Shown here one piece after another: positions 25,649 to 38,042 of a stretch of 64,000 bases of DNA. Numbering within the stretch: the first letter of the stretch is position 1; each line of letters starts with the position of its first letter. The notes beneath the pieces were generated by a model that worked only from the letters and a program-made list of their open reading frames with translations, was not told the DNA's origin and searched no databases. The DNA lies in NCBI RefSeq assembly GCF_001194135.2, contig NC_068984.1:61510863-61574862 (forward strand), written 5' to 3'. The position numbers and the translations under genes were made by a program. The stretch is from Octopus bimaculoides (lineage: Eukaryota).

Positions 25649-26333
25649 TATAATAGAATGCCATATTCAAGCAGGGAAGATACATACAACAGTGTATCCA
25701 CCAATACAAATCAGTCAAGATGTTACAGTTAAGATGCTTGTGACAACCTGTCTGTTGTATCCAGATTGGCCTAAGACTAAACGAAGAGAGCATCAAAGAT
25801 TAACGTTTTGCCTCATAAGAATCAATTGATTTTATGCTGCCTCTTAGACATTAAAGACACAGTTTTCCTTTTAACCAACCTAATCTATATTCATATTGAA
25901 GATCTTCAAAATGCATATGTAACAAATGCAAATATTTGTTCAAATAAAAACAAATAAATAAATTCACTATTTGAAATATAATTATTTGGCCGTAAGCCAA
26001 CGAGCAAAATATCAAGAATGGAAAACCTTAACTGAAAAGATAATATCGAGCATATTTAGACAATATGAAAGAAATTATGAAGAAGAATAGAAGACGCATT
26101 TGTTTTCTTATATTAAGGTGGTGCATGTATTCGATCCAGGCTTTAATAATACACGAGATATAGAAGATGAAATTATTCTCCCCTTTATCATAAATTTCTT
26201 TTCTGCCATTCTAGATTCTACCGCTTGAGATTTTTCTAACTACTCATTCAGTTAATAGCTACTCATTTAGGTGTAAGTTAGGATCTATTCAATTTTTTCT
26301 ACATTAAATGAGTATTTATATACTGATTTTAAA

Positions 26334-26526
26334 TTTCAAATTTTGGTATGAAGCCATCAAGCTCGATTACATCGACCCCAATGCTCAATTGCTATTTATT
26401 TCATCCCATCCGAAAGGAAGAAATGCAAAGCCGACCTCGGCAGATTTGAATTCAGAATATAAAGCCATTACAAATGTGGATAAGCATTTTGCCCGGCGTG
26501 CTAACGATTCCTTCAGCTCACCGCTT
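26334..26526 (-). mobile_element. SINE family A
   Basis: Reverse complement of the family consensus; explains ORF 26308..26805. Confidence 0.88.
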
Positions 26527-27501
26527 TTGGAGTATTTATATAGTAACCAACACATATCTATATTCAACCTGCCCGAATACAATTATGAATGCAAATACAT
26601 GAATATTAATTTCTTTCATAGAAATGATCATATGCACAAAATTACATACAGAAGGACACGCTCACAAACCCCCCAGCCACACGTCATGTGCGCGCGTGTG
26701 TATGTGTTTATATATTTATGTATAGAGAGAGAAAGAGAGGGAGAGAGAGACGGTGAAAAAATGACTGAGAATAAAGAAGCAAAGGCAGTAGAAAGGAAGA
26801 AATAATGAAGGTGCTAATATTTGTAATTTTTATATTTTCTTGTGTAAACACCTTATAGACATATCTATACATATCAGTATACAACAATACATAGATATTT
26901 ATTGTTTATATATATATACGCGTGTATGCATGAGTGTGTGTGTGTGTGTAATGCTGTTCGCGACAGATTTCTGCTTTTCTCAGGGAAATTCTATTAACAG
27001 ATGACTCATTTTCGCAACAACCCTTCAATTCACACGGCAGACGTAGATTGCGTAATGATCTTCATCGCTTCTAAAATTCTTGCATTTATCTCACGTTAAT
27101 CTACAAGTAAAGAAATTATAACTTCAACCCTAAAAATTCAGAAACTCGTTTGTTTATTTTCAATTTTCAAGCGCTAAAACACGTTAAAAATAGATTTGCA
27201 AAGTTGCTATAATACAAATGTAGCTATAGATAAAAGCTCATAACAGATCGGGTAAGAAACCCTTAAAGAAAAAGTGGACAAACTTACGTGCGGGAAGAGA
27301 ACCACGCAACTGTTACTGATAGGGTAGCAATGGTATCAAAACTCCAGAATGAATAACCAAAATTCGACTCTCAAATTAAAAGGCTCACCTTACAGGCGTG
27401 AAAGAAAGAATTTCTATGACCTAAAGTCACCTGTAGTCATTCATCAATCATCGATATAGGCTACGACTGAACATTTGGAATCTATTCTTCGCATTGTCGA
27501 G

Positions 27502-27726
27502 AGTATATAGTCCAACTAAATCTGGAACATCAGCCAAGTTGAACAACAGTTGATCACAGGAAGCGTTTAATGGTTTTGTGATCATCATATAGATGCATAA
27601 ACCAACGACGAGTATATAGTCCAACCAAATCTGGAACATCAGCGAAGTTAAACTGCAGTTCATCGCAGAAACATCTGAAGGTTTTCTGATCATCATATAA
27701 ATGCATAAATGCATCAACCAACGACG
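27502..27726. repeat. diverged two-unit tandem repeat, 108/109-bp unit
   Basis: AGTATATAGTCCAAC...ATCATCATATA.ATGCAT...CCAACGACG occurs twice: 27502-27610 and 27611-27726, the latter with an 8-bp internal duplication. Confidence 0.9.
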
Positions 27727-28857
27727 TTCTTTCTAGTTTGTAGGATTATCTTCATTTCACTAATGTCAATATTGGTAATCAATGTCGTGTAGCAACTTAG
27801 GGCCTTTAAGAAAACAAATGTGGTCGTGGTGTAGTAATTGTATATGTCGAACAGGGTGCGTCCTGTTCAAGTTTTGTTACTGATACCTCTAAACCATTCG
27901 CTTATCTCCCTTGTATTAAATTATAAGACTGACTAGATCTAAGATCTCGCTAACCTTACCTGTTTGAGCCAAGTACCCAATATAAAATCCTAACTGATTT
28001 CCCGGCAATGGTTAAGGTGTCTAGGGTAATTTAGTTCCATCTGTAATATGTGTCCGTTAAATTATTTTCTATTGTTTAGTAGTATCGGGAAACAAGTTTC
28101 CTGCTTTGATTTAGTTGTCAAACAAACCTAGTCAATCTTCTAAACTGTTAATTTTTCGTTGGAGTTGTATGTACACATAGTCAATTGAAACAAATATGTA
28201 TCGTAGAAAATGTCCTTGCATACTGTAATGTTAAACGTACAAACGAAAAGTGATACGTACGTGCCTCAGTGAGTAGAATGACAATCAGCAACACGTTTGC
28301 CATTCAGTTTACGATTTCAGAAATATATGCTCGAGATGCAAATGATAGTGTATCTGTAATATATGGTAACTGCACGTGAAGTTTGTGCAAATGCGCCTGC
28401 AACATCTGTCGTACAAGGAATTCCGTATCGAATGGATATACTTGTGGGTCTACGGGAATATGAAATGCATATCAGTATTTTCCAAGCGCGTATGAATAAC
28501 GGACCCTCGAATGACCACATACAACTAAGTGTGTGGAAGATGCAAACTGTTATGATATCTGTTGGTGTAGATTTGCATAACCATGCAGTTATGCATACTG
28601 CATTGCGCTTATGTCAATGTACGCGCACGTACGTATGTGATGTGTGTCTGAAGCTAATCAAAATTAAACATATGATATATCAACTCGCGAGAAAGTGTAT
28701 ACCTGTTGCTGAATAGTAATGTAGAAACAATATTTAAAACTTATAAATAGGGTGAAACGTTAATTAGGATTTTGTGCAAAAACAAAACCCAACCTATCGC
28801 CAGACAACAATAAAGGAACGAAATGAGACTTTAGACTACAAGAAACGTGAATTGTAC

Positions 28858-29445
28858 ATACATATATACATACATACATACATACATAAATACATACGTA
28901 CATACATACGTACATACATACGTACATACATACGTACATACACACATACAAATTTCCTACGTACTAACATGCATGCATACATACATGCATGCATACATAC
29001 AAGCATGCATACGTACATGCATGCATACATACATGCATACATGGATACGTACAAACACACAAACGTACAAACATACAAACATAATATATACATGTATACG
29101 CACATACATACATACATACTTAATATATACAGACATAGATACATGCATAGAAATACACATATACATATATATGTATATATATATANNNNNNNNNNNNNNN
29201 NNNNNNNNNNNNNNNNNNNNNNNNNNNNNNNNNNNNNNNNNNNNNNNNNNNNNNNNNNNNNNNNNNNNNNNNNNNNNNNNNNNNNNNNNNNNNNNNNNNN
29301 NNNNNNNNNNNNNNNNNNNNNNNNNNNNNNNNNNNNNNNNNNNNNNNNNNNNNNNNNNNNNNNNNNNNNNNNNNNNNNNNNNNNNNNNNNNNNNNNNNNN
29401 NNNNNNNNNNNNNNNNNNNNNNNNNNNNNNNNNNNNNNNNNNNNN

Positions 29446-29499
<54 letters not shown>

Positions 29500-29536
29500 A
29501 TATATGTATGTGTATGTGTGTGTGTGTGTGTGTGTG
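28858..29536. repeat. (TACA/TACG/TGCA)n, (TA)n and (TG)n around gap 29186-29445
   Basis: Directly visible. Confidence 0.9.
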
Positions 29537-29540
29537 AATC

Positions 29541-30027
29541 ATAATGACACATTAAAGTGTCTACCCGCAAGAAATGAGAGTTAAGACCCTCTTTTGGACC
29601 ACCAAAACTTTACACTGAAAATAAGAGTTTCAACAGTATACGAGCAAGCGAACCGAAAAAATCTCTCACATACCTATACAGCATAAAGCTATATATTTAA
29701 TGGTACAGGTATATATGTGGATAGGTTTCTGGTTTAATAAGCAATTAAGGACGCCAGCAGATTTCAACGTGGCAGATTGGGAAGGTGTTTCAAAAGGTTA
29801 AGATGTACTGAAGAAGATAAGATTTTCGTATCAAACCAGAAACCGGTTGACATACATACCTGTACCATTTAATATATAGCTTTATGCTACATAAGTATGC
29901 GTGGCATTTTTGCGATCTACATGCTTGCGTACTGTTGAATCTGTTATTTTCAGTGTAAATTTTTGGTGGTCTAAAGGAGGGTTTTAACTCTCATTTTTAG
30001 GGAGCAGACACTTTAATGCGTCCTTAT
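29541..30027. mobile_element. fold-back MITE with ~195-bp inverted arms and ~90-bp spacer
   Basis: Left arm ATAATGACACATTAAAGTGTCT...GAGAGTTAAGACCCTC...GCATAAAGCTATATATTTAATGGTACAGGTAT...GGTTTCTGGTTT is reverse-complemented in 29830-30027. Confidence 0.9.
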
Positions 30028-30569
30028 CATTAATATAATTTTAATTCTATAGTTATATAATGTTGATTTAGGCCTGCAACCACCTATACTGATATTGTTG
30101 TTATTATCAACTATTTGTATTGCCTTCGATAATAATAACAATGCTTATATCTATATAAATATTCACTTGTGAATATTTTGCTGTTACCTGTAATTTTGAA
30201 AGTTACAGGGATGCTACTAACTAAAAATATTTATATGTTTCATGCATGTATCTACACTCCATGTGTAAATATAGACACGTATATCGAAACAGCTAAATAT
30301 AGAATATTTGTTTCCGTTTGGTATTCTATAGAGACATGATTATACAAAGTGAAATTGTCTTTTTTTGTATCGCACACAGTTTAAATATTTCTACAAAATA
30401 TCATTTGAAGTTTTGGAAAAAGTAGCTTGACAAAGCGAGGGTACGATTAATATTGAAGCGAAATTTTCTGGAATTATTTATTTCAATTTAAATATAATCA
30501 GCATGGATGATACGTTCAGGTAAATTATCATCGCATTTTGTTAGATATTGTGTGACACTACCATTGTGC

Positions 30570-30811
30570 TTAGGTGTGCTTAAGCACAGGGCCTTGTCGA
30601 CCAGGGTAGGCCCATCTTAATTCCTCCCCACCGTCAATTTTTTACGATGAAGTTTCCAAATGTTAAACGTTTAAATGTTTTTCCTAAAAATTATAAAAAT
30701 GAAATTAATAATTTGAACGCTTTTTCCTGAGTATTTATGCCTGACTCTCCAAGTAAGGGCCCCCATAACTTAACTAACACAGGGCCTAGTTTGTCCTAAA
30801 TCCAGCACTGA
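30570..30811. mobile_element. possible hAT-type MITE remnant
   Basis: Right end reads CAGTGCTGGATTTAGGACAAACTAGGCCCTGTG on the minus strand, resembling CAG(T/G)GCCGGATTT termini; left TIR not found. Confidence 0.3.
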
Positions 30812-31792
30812 ACACAACGGTCAAATGTCCATATAGATATGAGTTATTTCCGACCCAATTAAAGGTTAAAAATTATATATATTTCTAAGAACATAGCAAT
30901 CGGGAAATCAATCATTCTGTTGTTATTAATTTCAAATTTGAGTTCATTATTTATAAGCAGTTTCAAAATACCGACGGAAAGATATATTTTTGTTTTCCAT
31001 TTGGAACTTAACGACAATATATGCGTGGTCCAAGGTGGTAATCTCTATCTATTCAGTGGGCCTAGCAAACATGACAACGAATTCTCCCTCAACTTCCACC
31101 ATGCGTTAAATGACGTAGATAAAGTAATACAAATTATACTACGCCGACAGAAAGGCTTGAATTAACATTTGAACAACTTTGATTACAACTGCTCGACCAG
31201 AACTCTCCTGAAATATAGTAAAGCAAGAAATCTGTATCGGTGGGGGGAACAAATAGCCACCACAGGAGGTTAAGCTAACTTGGATGTTTTTATGTAATGT
31301 AAGTCCTTTTAAATCTGCTATAGTACTAGAAATCGATGTATGAATAACCATTTGTTCATTAGCTTCCATTATAGTATTTCAAACATTCCCAAATGCATAG
31401 ACTTACATAATTACAGAAAACTACAATACTCAATTCCAGATCAGAGAGTACAATTGATTTAATTAATCAGTGATGCATTACGAAGTTACAACTTGTCCTG
31501 TATTTAATAAGTGAAGTGTAAAAAAGTGAAATTTTGAATGAAACAAACCAACTACGTAAAATAGTACTCAATTATACAATATAAGTGAAACAAAAAAAAA
31601 AAGCAAACAGGAAGATAGCTTGATGTCGGGTTTAATTTATTAAACACTTTACTGGCATCTCGCAAGAGAACAAAGAAAACTCATTTCAAAGTGTTTGAAT
31701 TAACATTAAGCAGTGCAGATGTTTGCAGCTGTGATAGAATATCATGGAGAGTCAAATATTTCTATTGTTATTATAATCCTTTCTGCTATGAG

Positions 31793-31990
31793 TGCAAGGC
31801 CTGAAATTTGGGCCCGGGGATAGTCGATTACGTCGACCCCCATGGCTCAAATGGTACTTATTTTATCGACCTCAAAAAGATAAAAGGTAAAGTCGACCTC
31901 TGTGGAATTTGAGCTCAGAACTTAAGGACGGACGAAAGGCCGCTAATAATTTTGCCCGGCGTACTAACGAATCTGTTATTTTGCCGCCTT
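31793..31990 (-). mobile_element. SINE family A
   Basis: TAGTCGATTACGTCGACCCC...GGTACTTATTTTATCGACC...AAAGTCGACCTCTGTGGAATTTGAGCTCAGAAC...TTTGCCCGGCGTACTAACG...GCCGCCTT. Confidence 0.9.
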
Positions 31991-32564
31991 TTCTACTGTT
32001 ATTAAAATAACAGATTATAACATTCTACTTCTTTCACCTAAATACCTTCTCCCACAAAAAATGTATAACTTCGTGAGAACAATATAAATGATCAAATAGT
32101 TTAAGCTTTAAAACGATTTATGAACATTTTTTTTTCATTAGGTGTAACCATTATTTCTCTTGGTCTTCTGATACAATAAAAGCTATCCCGCACATAATAA
32201 TGATTTCTGTAATAGGTAAATGACTGCAAGTTATATGAGTGATATTTATTTCATTCACACATGACAGTTGACTAAGATAGCTTTGAAAAGATTTGATTGC
32301 GGAAGCTGGCGCCGCCGGTTTTTTTCTTTAATTCTCCATGAATACGACACGATCCCTCTTGATTTCTATTCTAAAACTATTTCTAAATAAACAACAGTAA
32401 TTCAAGGGACGCCAGTAATTCAGTAACAATTATGCTGTTAATCTTGGTTAATTATTGTAGGTATATCAATGCATATTAGTATTTGCAGCATATCAGTGTA
32501 GAGAACAGAAACGATTGTGACCAAAAGTAGTTTCATTAATACGATATTAAATTTTTAGATCGAC

Positions 32565-32665
32565 TTAGTGGTAAGAAGTTTGCTTCCAAACCATTCAGTC
32601 CCGGATTCAGAACACTGCGTGGCACTTGACTCAAATAAGCCCGTCGTATGTCGCAAGTCAAGTCT

Positions 32666-32738
<73 letters not shown>
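32565..32738 (+). mobile_element. SINE family B 5' remnant running into (TG)n and a gap
   Basis: GTGGTAAGAAGTTTGCTTCCAAACC...CACTGCGTGGCAC...AAGCCCGTCGTA. Confidence 0.7.
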
Positions 32739-33341
32739 NNNNNNNNNNNNNNNNNNNNNNNNNNNNNNNNNNNNNNNNNNNNNNNNNNNNNNNNNNNNNN
32801 NNNNNNNNNNNNNNNNNNNNNNNNNNNNNNNNNNNNNNNNNNNNNNNNNNNNNNNNNNNNNNNNNNNNNNNNNNNNNNNNNNNNNNNNNNNNNNNNNNNN
32901 NNNNNNNNNNNNNNNNNNNNNNNNNNNNNNNNNNNNNNNNNNNNNNNNNNNNNNNNNNNNNNNNNNNNNNNNNNNNNNNNNNNNNNNNNNNNNNNNNNNN
33001 NNNNNNNNNNNNNNNNNNNNNNNNNNNNNNNNNNNNNNNNNNNNNNNNNNNNNNNNNNNNNNNNNNNNNNNNNNNNNNNNNNNNNNNNNNNNNNNNNNNN
33101 NNNNNNNNNNNNNNNNNNNNNNNNNNNNNNNNNNNNNNNNNNNNNNNNNNNNNNNNNNNNNNNNNNNNNNNNNNNNNNNNNNNNNNNNNNNNNNNNNNNN
33201 NNNNNNNNNNNNNNNNNNNNNNNNNNNNNNNNNNNNNNNNNNNNNNNNNNNNNNNATTCGTTCCTCTCTTTCCCCCTCTCTTTCTAAAACATCACTTCCA
33301 ATATTACATAAAAAGGCCAAGCAAACTGATTATGCAAATGC

Positions 33342-33374
<33 letters not shown>

Positions 33375-33550
33375 TGCATATGTGAATGTCTATTTGTATA
33401 CGTATACACACACCCTTTTCATCGCCATTGCTTCTTGACACTGTTGATGTTTCTTAGTTTCATTTCATTTACTTTCTTGTTTCTGGGCCCTTGACTTCAC
33501 GGACGTCAAAGTGCCGTCCCGGCAGATCCCAGCCTCTCTCTCTCTCTCCG

Positions 33551-33600
<50 letters not shown>

Positions 33601-35186
33601 CATATATTAGTGTGTATGTGTGTTTGCAAATGTCGCAACCAAGTTTTGATAATTCTATAAGCGAACCGAATTTGAATATTGTTTTAATAGCAACTGGTGT
33701 CTCTAGAGTTGCAAAAGTTTGATGAATGCTGGCCCTGTTAACTGGAGGGAAGAAAACCAGAAAAGTTTTCATACATGCATGCACGGAATGAAACTAACAG
33801 CCTCTCCCTTCCTCCCAGCGCCTCCTTTTTCTCTACCACCCCTACCGCCACCTTAGACACCAGCACCCACCTGGACCGTGTCAACGCCCACCGGGGAGCG
33901 GTAGCGCTCACTTTGAGAAACTTCAGTTTATAACATCAATCGCTCGCTTGTTGCTCTTATTAGTCTGTATATGCATTCAGTGGATACGTCGAACATACGT
34001 GAATAACATTTTTAAGAAATATCAGACCTACTAACCAACAAAGATAATACGCACCTACATATATATGCATGTATACTTGCGCGCGCACAAACACACACAC
34101 ACGCATTCGCACACATGTGTATAATATGTGTGTGTGTGTATGTGTGTTTATGTATAAATACACAAATCTGCAAGACTTCTACTAATGAGCTACCTTGCAT
34201 ATTGAAATATCTTTTCAGTTTTCCTCAATCTTTACATTTCTGTTAGCTTGGTGCAAGTTTATAACAGCTGGAAATGTAAAATTTATACAAGAATATGCAT
34301 TCAAAACATTTTGCCTTAAGTATTCAAATAAGATTAATAAGCTATCTCTATTATTTTGAAGTGAATTTCTGTCCATTAACTGGTATTACTTCAGAAAAAT
34401 ATGCGAAGCATCCGTTTTGAAAAAAAAAAAAAAATTATAGAAAAGTGATACGGATTTTATTAATTCAGATATGATAGTAGTACATTTCACCAGAAGATCG
34501 TGGTAAGAGAGAAATTAAACATAAACTATTTCTCTCTTAGTTTATGTGAAAAAGTTGAATACATTTCTATTTATAGAGGAGCTATTCAGTAAAATTCAAG
34601 ACCTAAAGCCTCACTAGGAAGAAATGTAATATGACTAATTATATACAGAGAATTTACTTAGAAATATCGAAAGTAATAACAGATATTGCATTCATTTGAA
34701 TATTTAGTCATTGTTGCATGAAGCAAACAAAAAAATTGCTGAATCCATCACATATATATTTCATACAGAATGTGTACAAATAATTTCATTCGAATATATT
34801 TTATTAGAGCATTTGTATAATTTGTGTTTGACTTGCGTTTAAGCGTTTACTGTACTCTAAAACGTTGGTAACCTATTTCAAGGAAATAAAGTAAATAATT
34901 ATATTTTCACCGCGTATCTGATTTCATTTAAACCAGACAATAAGTGAATCTAAATTATATTAAATGTGGTGAAACCGTCAATAAGAGCTCCACTCTTACT
35001 GATAATTTCTTTTCTCTTTCTTTTAAGTAATTTATATTGTTTGCAAAATTTACAGTTAACTTATAAACGTAAAACTCTATCCGTGGCATACTTTTTTCCA
35101 ATTTCAATTTTAACGACTATATCCCTTCTTCATATATGCAGAAGTTGTATGAACAACAAACTAGATACATCATAACTTTAATATAT

Positions 35187-35232
<46 letters not shown>

Positions 35233-35695
35233 AATATAAACAGCAGTTTGCAATGCTTCACCAGATATGAGAATTATAATTCTCACTAAATGTCACGAGG
35301 GTGTTAGAAAACACTTACATTGCTAGAAAGAAGAGCTAAATCGCTGTAATGTTGTAGTTAACGAACATGAATGAAAGCATATACACCAACAGGGAAAATA
35401 ATCGTCCGAATCGAGAATTCTTAATACTGATGTCAGTTTCGGCAATTTCCGTTTCCTCATCAGTTGAGCCCGCTCGACTGTTCGTCACTTTTCGGAATCG
35501 CTTCACCATTAGAATTTATGTTTTCGTCAGCTAAATTATTGGATGGCTTAGCGATTCGCATGTGCGTTAACTACCGCATTAGAGCTGTTTAGACCTTATT
35601 TCTAGCAATGTGGGTCTTTCCTAGCATCTTAGTCACATTTAGTGACAAATGTGATTCTCCTTTTTGATGAAATATTGCAAACTGTTGTTTATATT
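35233..35695. mobile_element. old fold-back element with ~145-bp inverted arms (35233-35378, 35551-35695)
   Basis: AATATAAACAGCAGTTTGCAATGCTTCA...CACTAAATGTCAC...ACATTGCTAGAAA...GTAGTTAACGAACATG is mirrored by CATGTGCGTTAACTAC...TTTCTAGCAATGT...TCACATTTAGTG...TGAAATATTGCAAACTGTTGTTTATATT; roughly 70% identity by eye. Confidence 0.8.
35420..35468 (-). ncRNA. type I hammerhead ribozyme motif with intact catalytic core
   Basis: Minus strand: CUCAA (stem I) CUGAUGA GGAAAC-GGAA-AUUGCC (stem II) GAA ACUGA-CA-UCAGU (stem III) A| UUAAG (stem I'). Core CUGAnGA, GAAA and the GUA cleavage triplet are all present. Stem I pairs 4/5 and stem II 4/6. Confidence 0.75.
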
Positions 35696-35959
35696 AAATT
35701 TGTATATACACAATGGCGAATCGCTAATTCATCCAATAATTTGGATGACGAAAACATAAATACTAATGGCGAAGCGAGTCCGAAATAACAGGACAGTGAG
35801 AACAAGACAGTAAAAACAAACAGTGAGGGCTGTTGAGCCAAGACGAAGGAAAAATTATTCTGAACGCAAGGAGAACGAGCCATGAGAGGAGATTGGCAAG
35901 GCACGTCTTTTCTTTAGGAAGGAAATGGACAGAAAGATAGATCCCCTTTCGTCAAGTAT

Positions 35960-36135
35960 CAGCGACGAGAGAGACAAGGAGGAAGAGTGAGAGAGAGAGA
36001 GAGAGAGAGGGGGCAGAGGGAACGGTGAAGGGGAGAGGAGAAGAATAGAGAAAGCGTGAGAGAGAAAAACAGAAAGGATGAAGAACAAGAGAGAGAGATA
36101 GAGAGAGAAAAGAGATAGTAGAGATAGAAGAAGAG
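35960..36135. repeat. degenerate (GA)-rich polypurine tract
   Basis: Directly visible. Confidence 0.85.
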
Positions 36136-37666
36136 TGCGCATCGTAATTATTAAGACAAAACTTACTTGGAAAAGGATGCGTAGAAATCAACATACATAT
36201 GTTTCAGAACAAAGTGTTTGACGAGTATAGAAACGTGTATAATAAGAAAAAGAGATGACACAAGAGAAACAATACTTATATTATACTATATACTATATTA
36301 TATACTTATATAACAATACAATAGCTTACAACTATTTCTGTTATAAGATGCAGTGGAGTCGTAGTTGAGTTTCTGAATAACATCCTACAATTTCATGGGA
36401 TTTTCGAATATGAAGTGCTATTTATTTGGGAAAAGAGAATTACATTTGTGCAATATACAGGGAAGTCATTACCTAATTGGTCCAGTGAATTCTTTAAAAT
36501 TATTGCTCTCGTGGCCAAGCAAATTTTACATCGTCTGCTTCAGTTATAATATGGCCCATGTTGTTCCACAAATTTCTATTTAATTATGAATGACGTATTC
36601 ACTTCCTTTAAATGCCATACGTTGTTGGTCAAAAACGTGATTTGCGCCATGTTGTGTGTCTAAAAGACGACCTGTCGTTGTTATGATATCATAGCATATT
36701 TTTATGGTTGTTACAATTTTACACGTGTTTCCACTGCACAGAGTACGAACAATTGCGCATACAACCGGCGTGATTTTCTGTGCAGATTCTTCAGGGTCTG
36801 TTCATTTGGCTAGTTCCAAAGCGAACCAATTGGAGAAATATACAGCTTGGGTGACAATTATAGTTGTCATGGACGTTAAGTACTAATCGATGCAGTTAGC
36901 CGTAAACCTGGAACACAACTGGGAGCAAGAACGGTATCCGTCCGGATAATACACACTTCCAAACACACACACACACACACCCACACATTGATCGTGGTAT
37001 ATTGAAGTGTACAGTATTATATACCCTTTACGGTTGATATTACCAAACGCTTTCGCAGATATAAAAATACTCTACACTCCGCTTAATATAACCACTCAAT
37101 TGACAAACGTACGAGTTCATATTTGTTTTTTACTTATGGATTCTTAGACGGCTATATATATATGTATACATACATACTAACATACATAATACATACAAAC
37201 ATACATACATACATGCATACATACATACATACATATGTGTATGTATGTATGCATGCATGCATGTAGGCATACGTTTGTGGTGGTTATGTTTCTGTTTTTG
37301 CAACATTCTTGATGTGAAATCGTGTGTCATATTTGGGAACGGTTATTTTACCAATAAACGCACTCACTATTTATTAGATACTCACTTTTGCCTTATTATT
37401 AGCAGTAATTTATTTGTCTGAGTTGTTTCATCACACGCTCTGTGACCTCTTCAATGTCTGCTATATGTGTTTCTCTATGCCTCCTCTTCTCTCAGCTCTT
37501 CCCATGTCTGCTGCAACAGTACATGTTTGTTTATTTCACATATATGCACACATGTTCAGTTCCCTTCAAGGGTTTAACTGAATATCTTATACGTTAATTT
37601 TTAAAGCTTCATCCGCTTTGTATTCCACTGTAAACTGTCTCTAAATTTTAAAACATTTATTAACAT

Positions 37667-37828
37667 AGGCGAAGGCATGGCTTTATGCTAAGAAGATTGG
37701 TTCTTAACTACATGGTTCGGGCTCAGTCCCAGTGCGTGAGAACTTGGGCAAGTGTCTTCTATTATACCCTCGGGCCGACCAAAGCCTTGTAAATGGATTT
37801 GGTAGATGGAGACTGACAGAATCCCGTC

Positions 37829-37881
<53 letters not shown>

Positions 37882-38042
37882 TGTATTTGTCACTGTCTTT
37901 GCGGTTCGGTAAAAAAAGGCAATATACTACGTACGAAGCTCGATGAAAAATAAATACTAGGGTGGATTCATTCGACTAAATGTCCTTCGATGTGGTGCCC
38001 AAGAATGGCTGCAGTCTAATGACTGAAACATGTAAAACGTAA
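37667..38042 (+). mobile_element. SINE family B with internal (TA)n
   Basis: AGGCGAAGGCATGGCT...CTTGGGCAAGTGTCTTCTATTATACCCTCGGGCCGACCAAAGCCTTGT...GGTAGATGGAGACTGACAGAATCCCGTCG(TA)n...GCAGTCTAATGACTGAAAC. Confidence 0.9.

Noticed and set aside
27930-27952. TGACTAGATC resembling the miR-279 5' end
   Set aside because: Only 10 nt match; upstream sequence cannot form a precursor hairpin.
31130-31207. Strong minus acceptor followed by GEFWSSSCNQSCSN (EGF-like flavour)
   Set aside because: Cysteine pattern does not continue, stop after 25 codons and no good donor.
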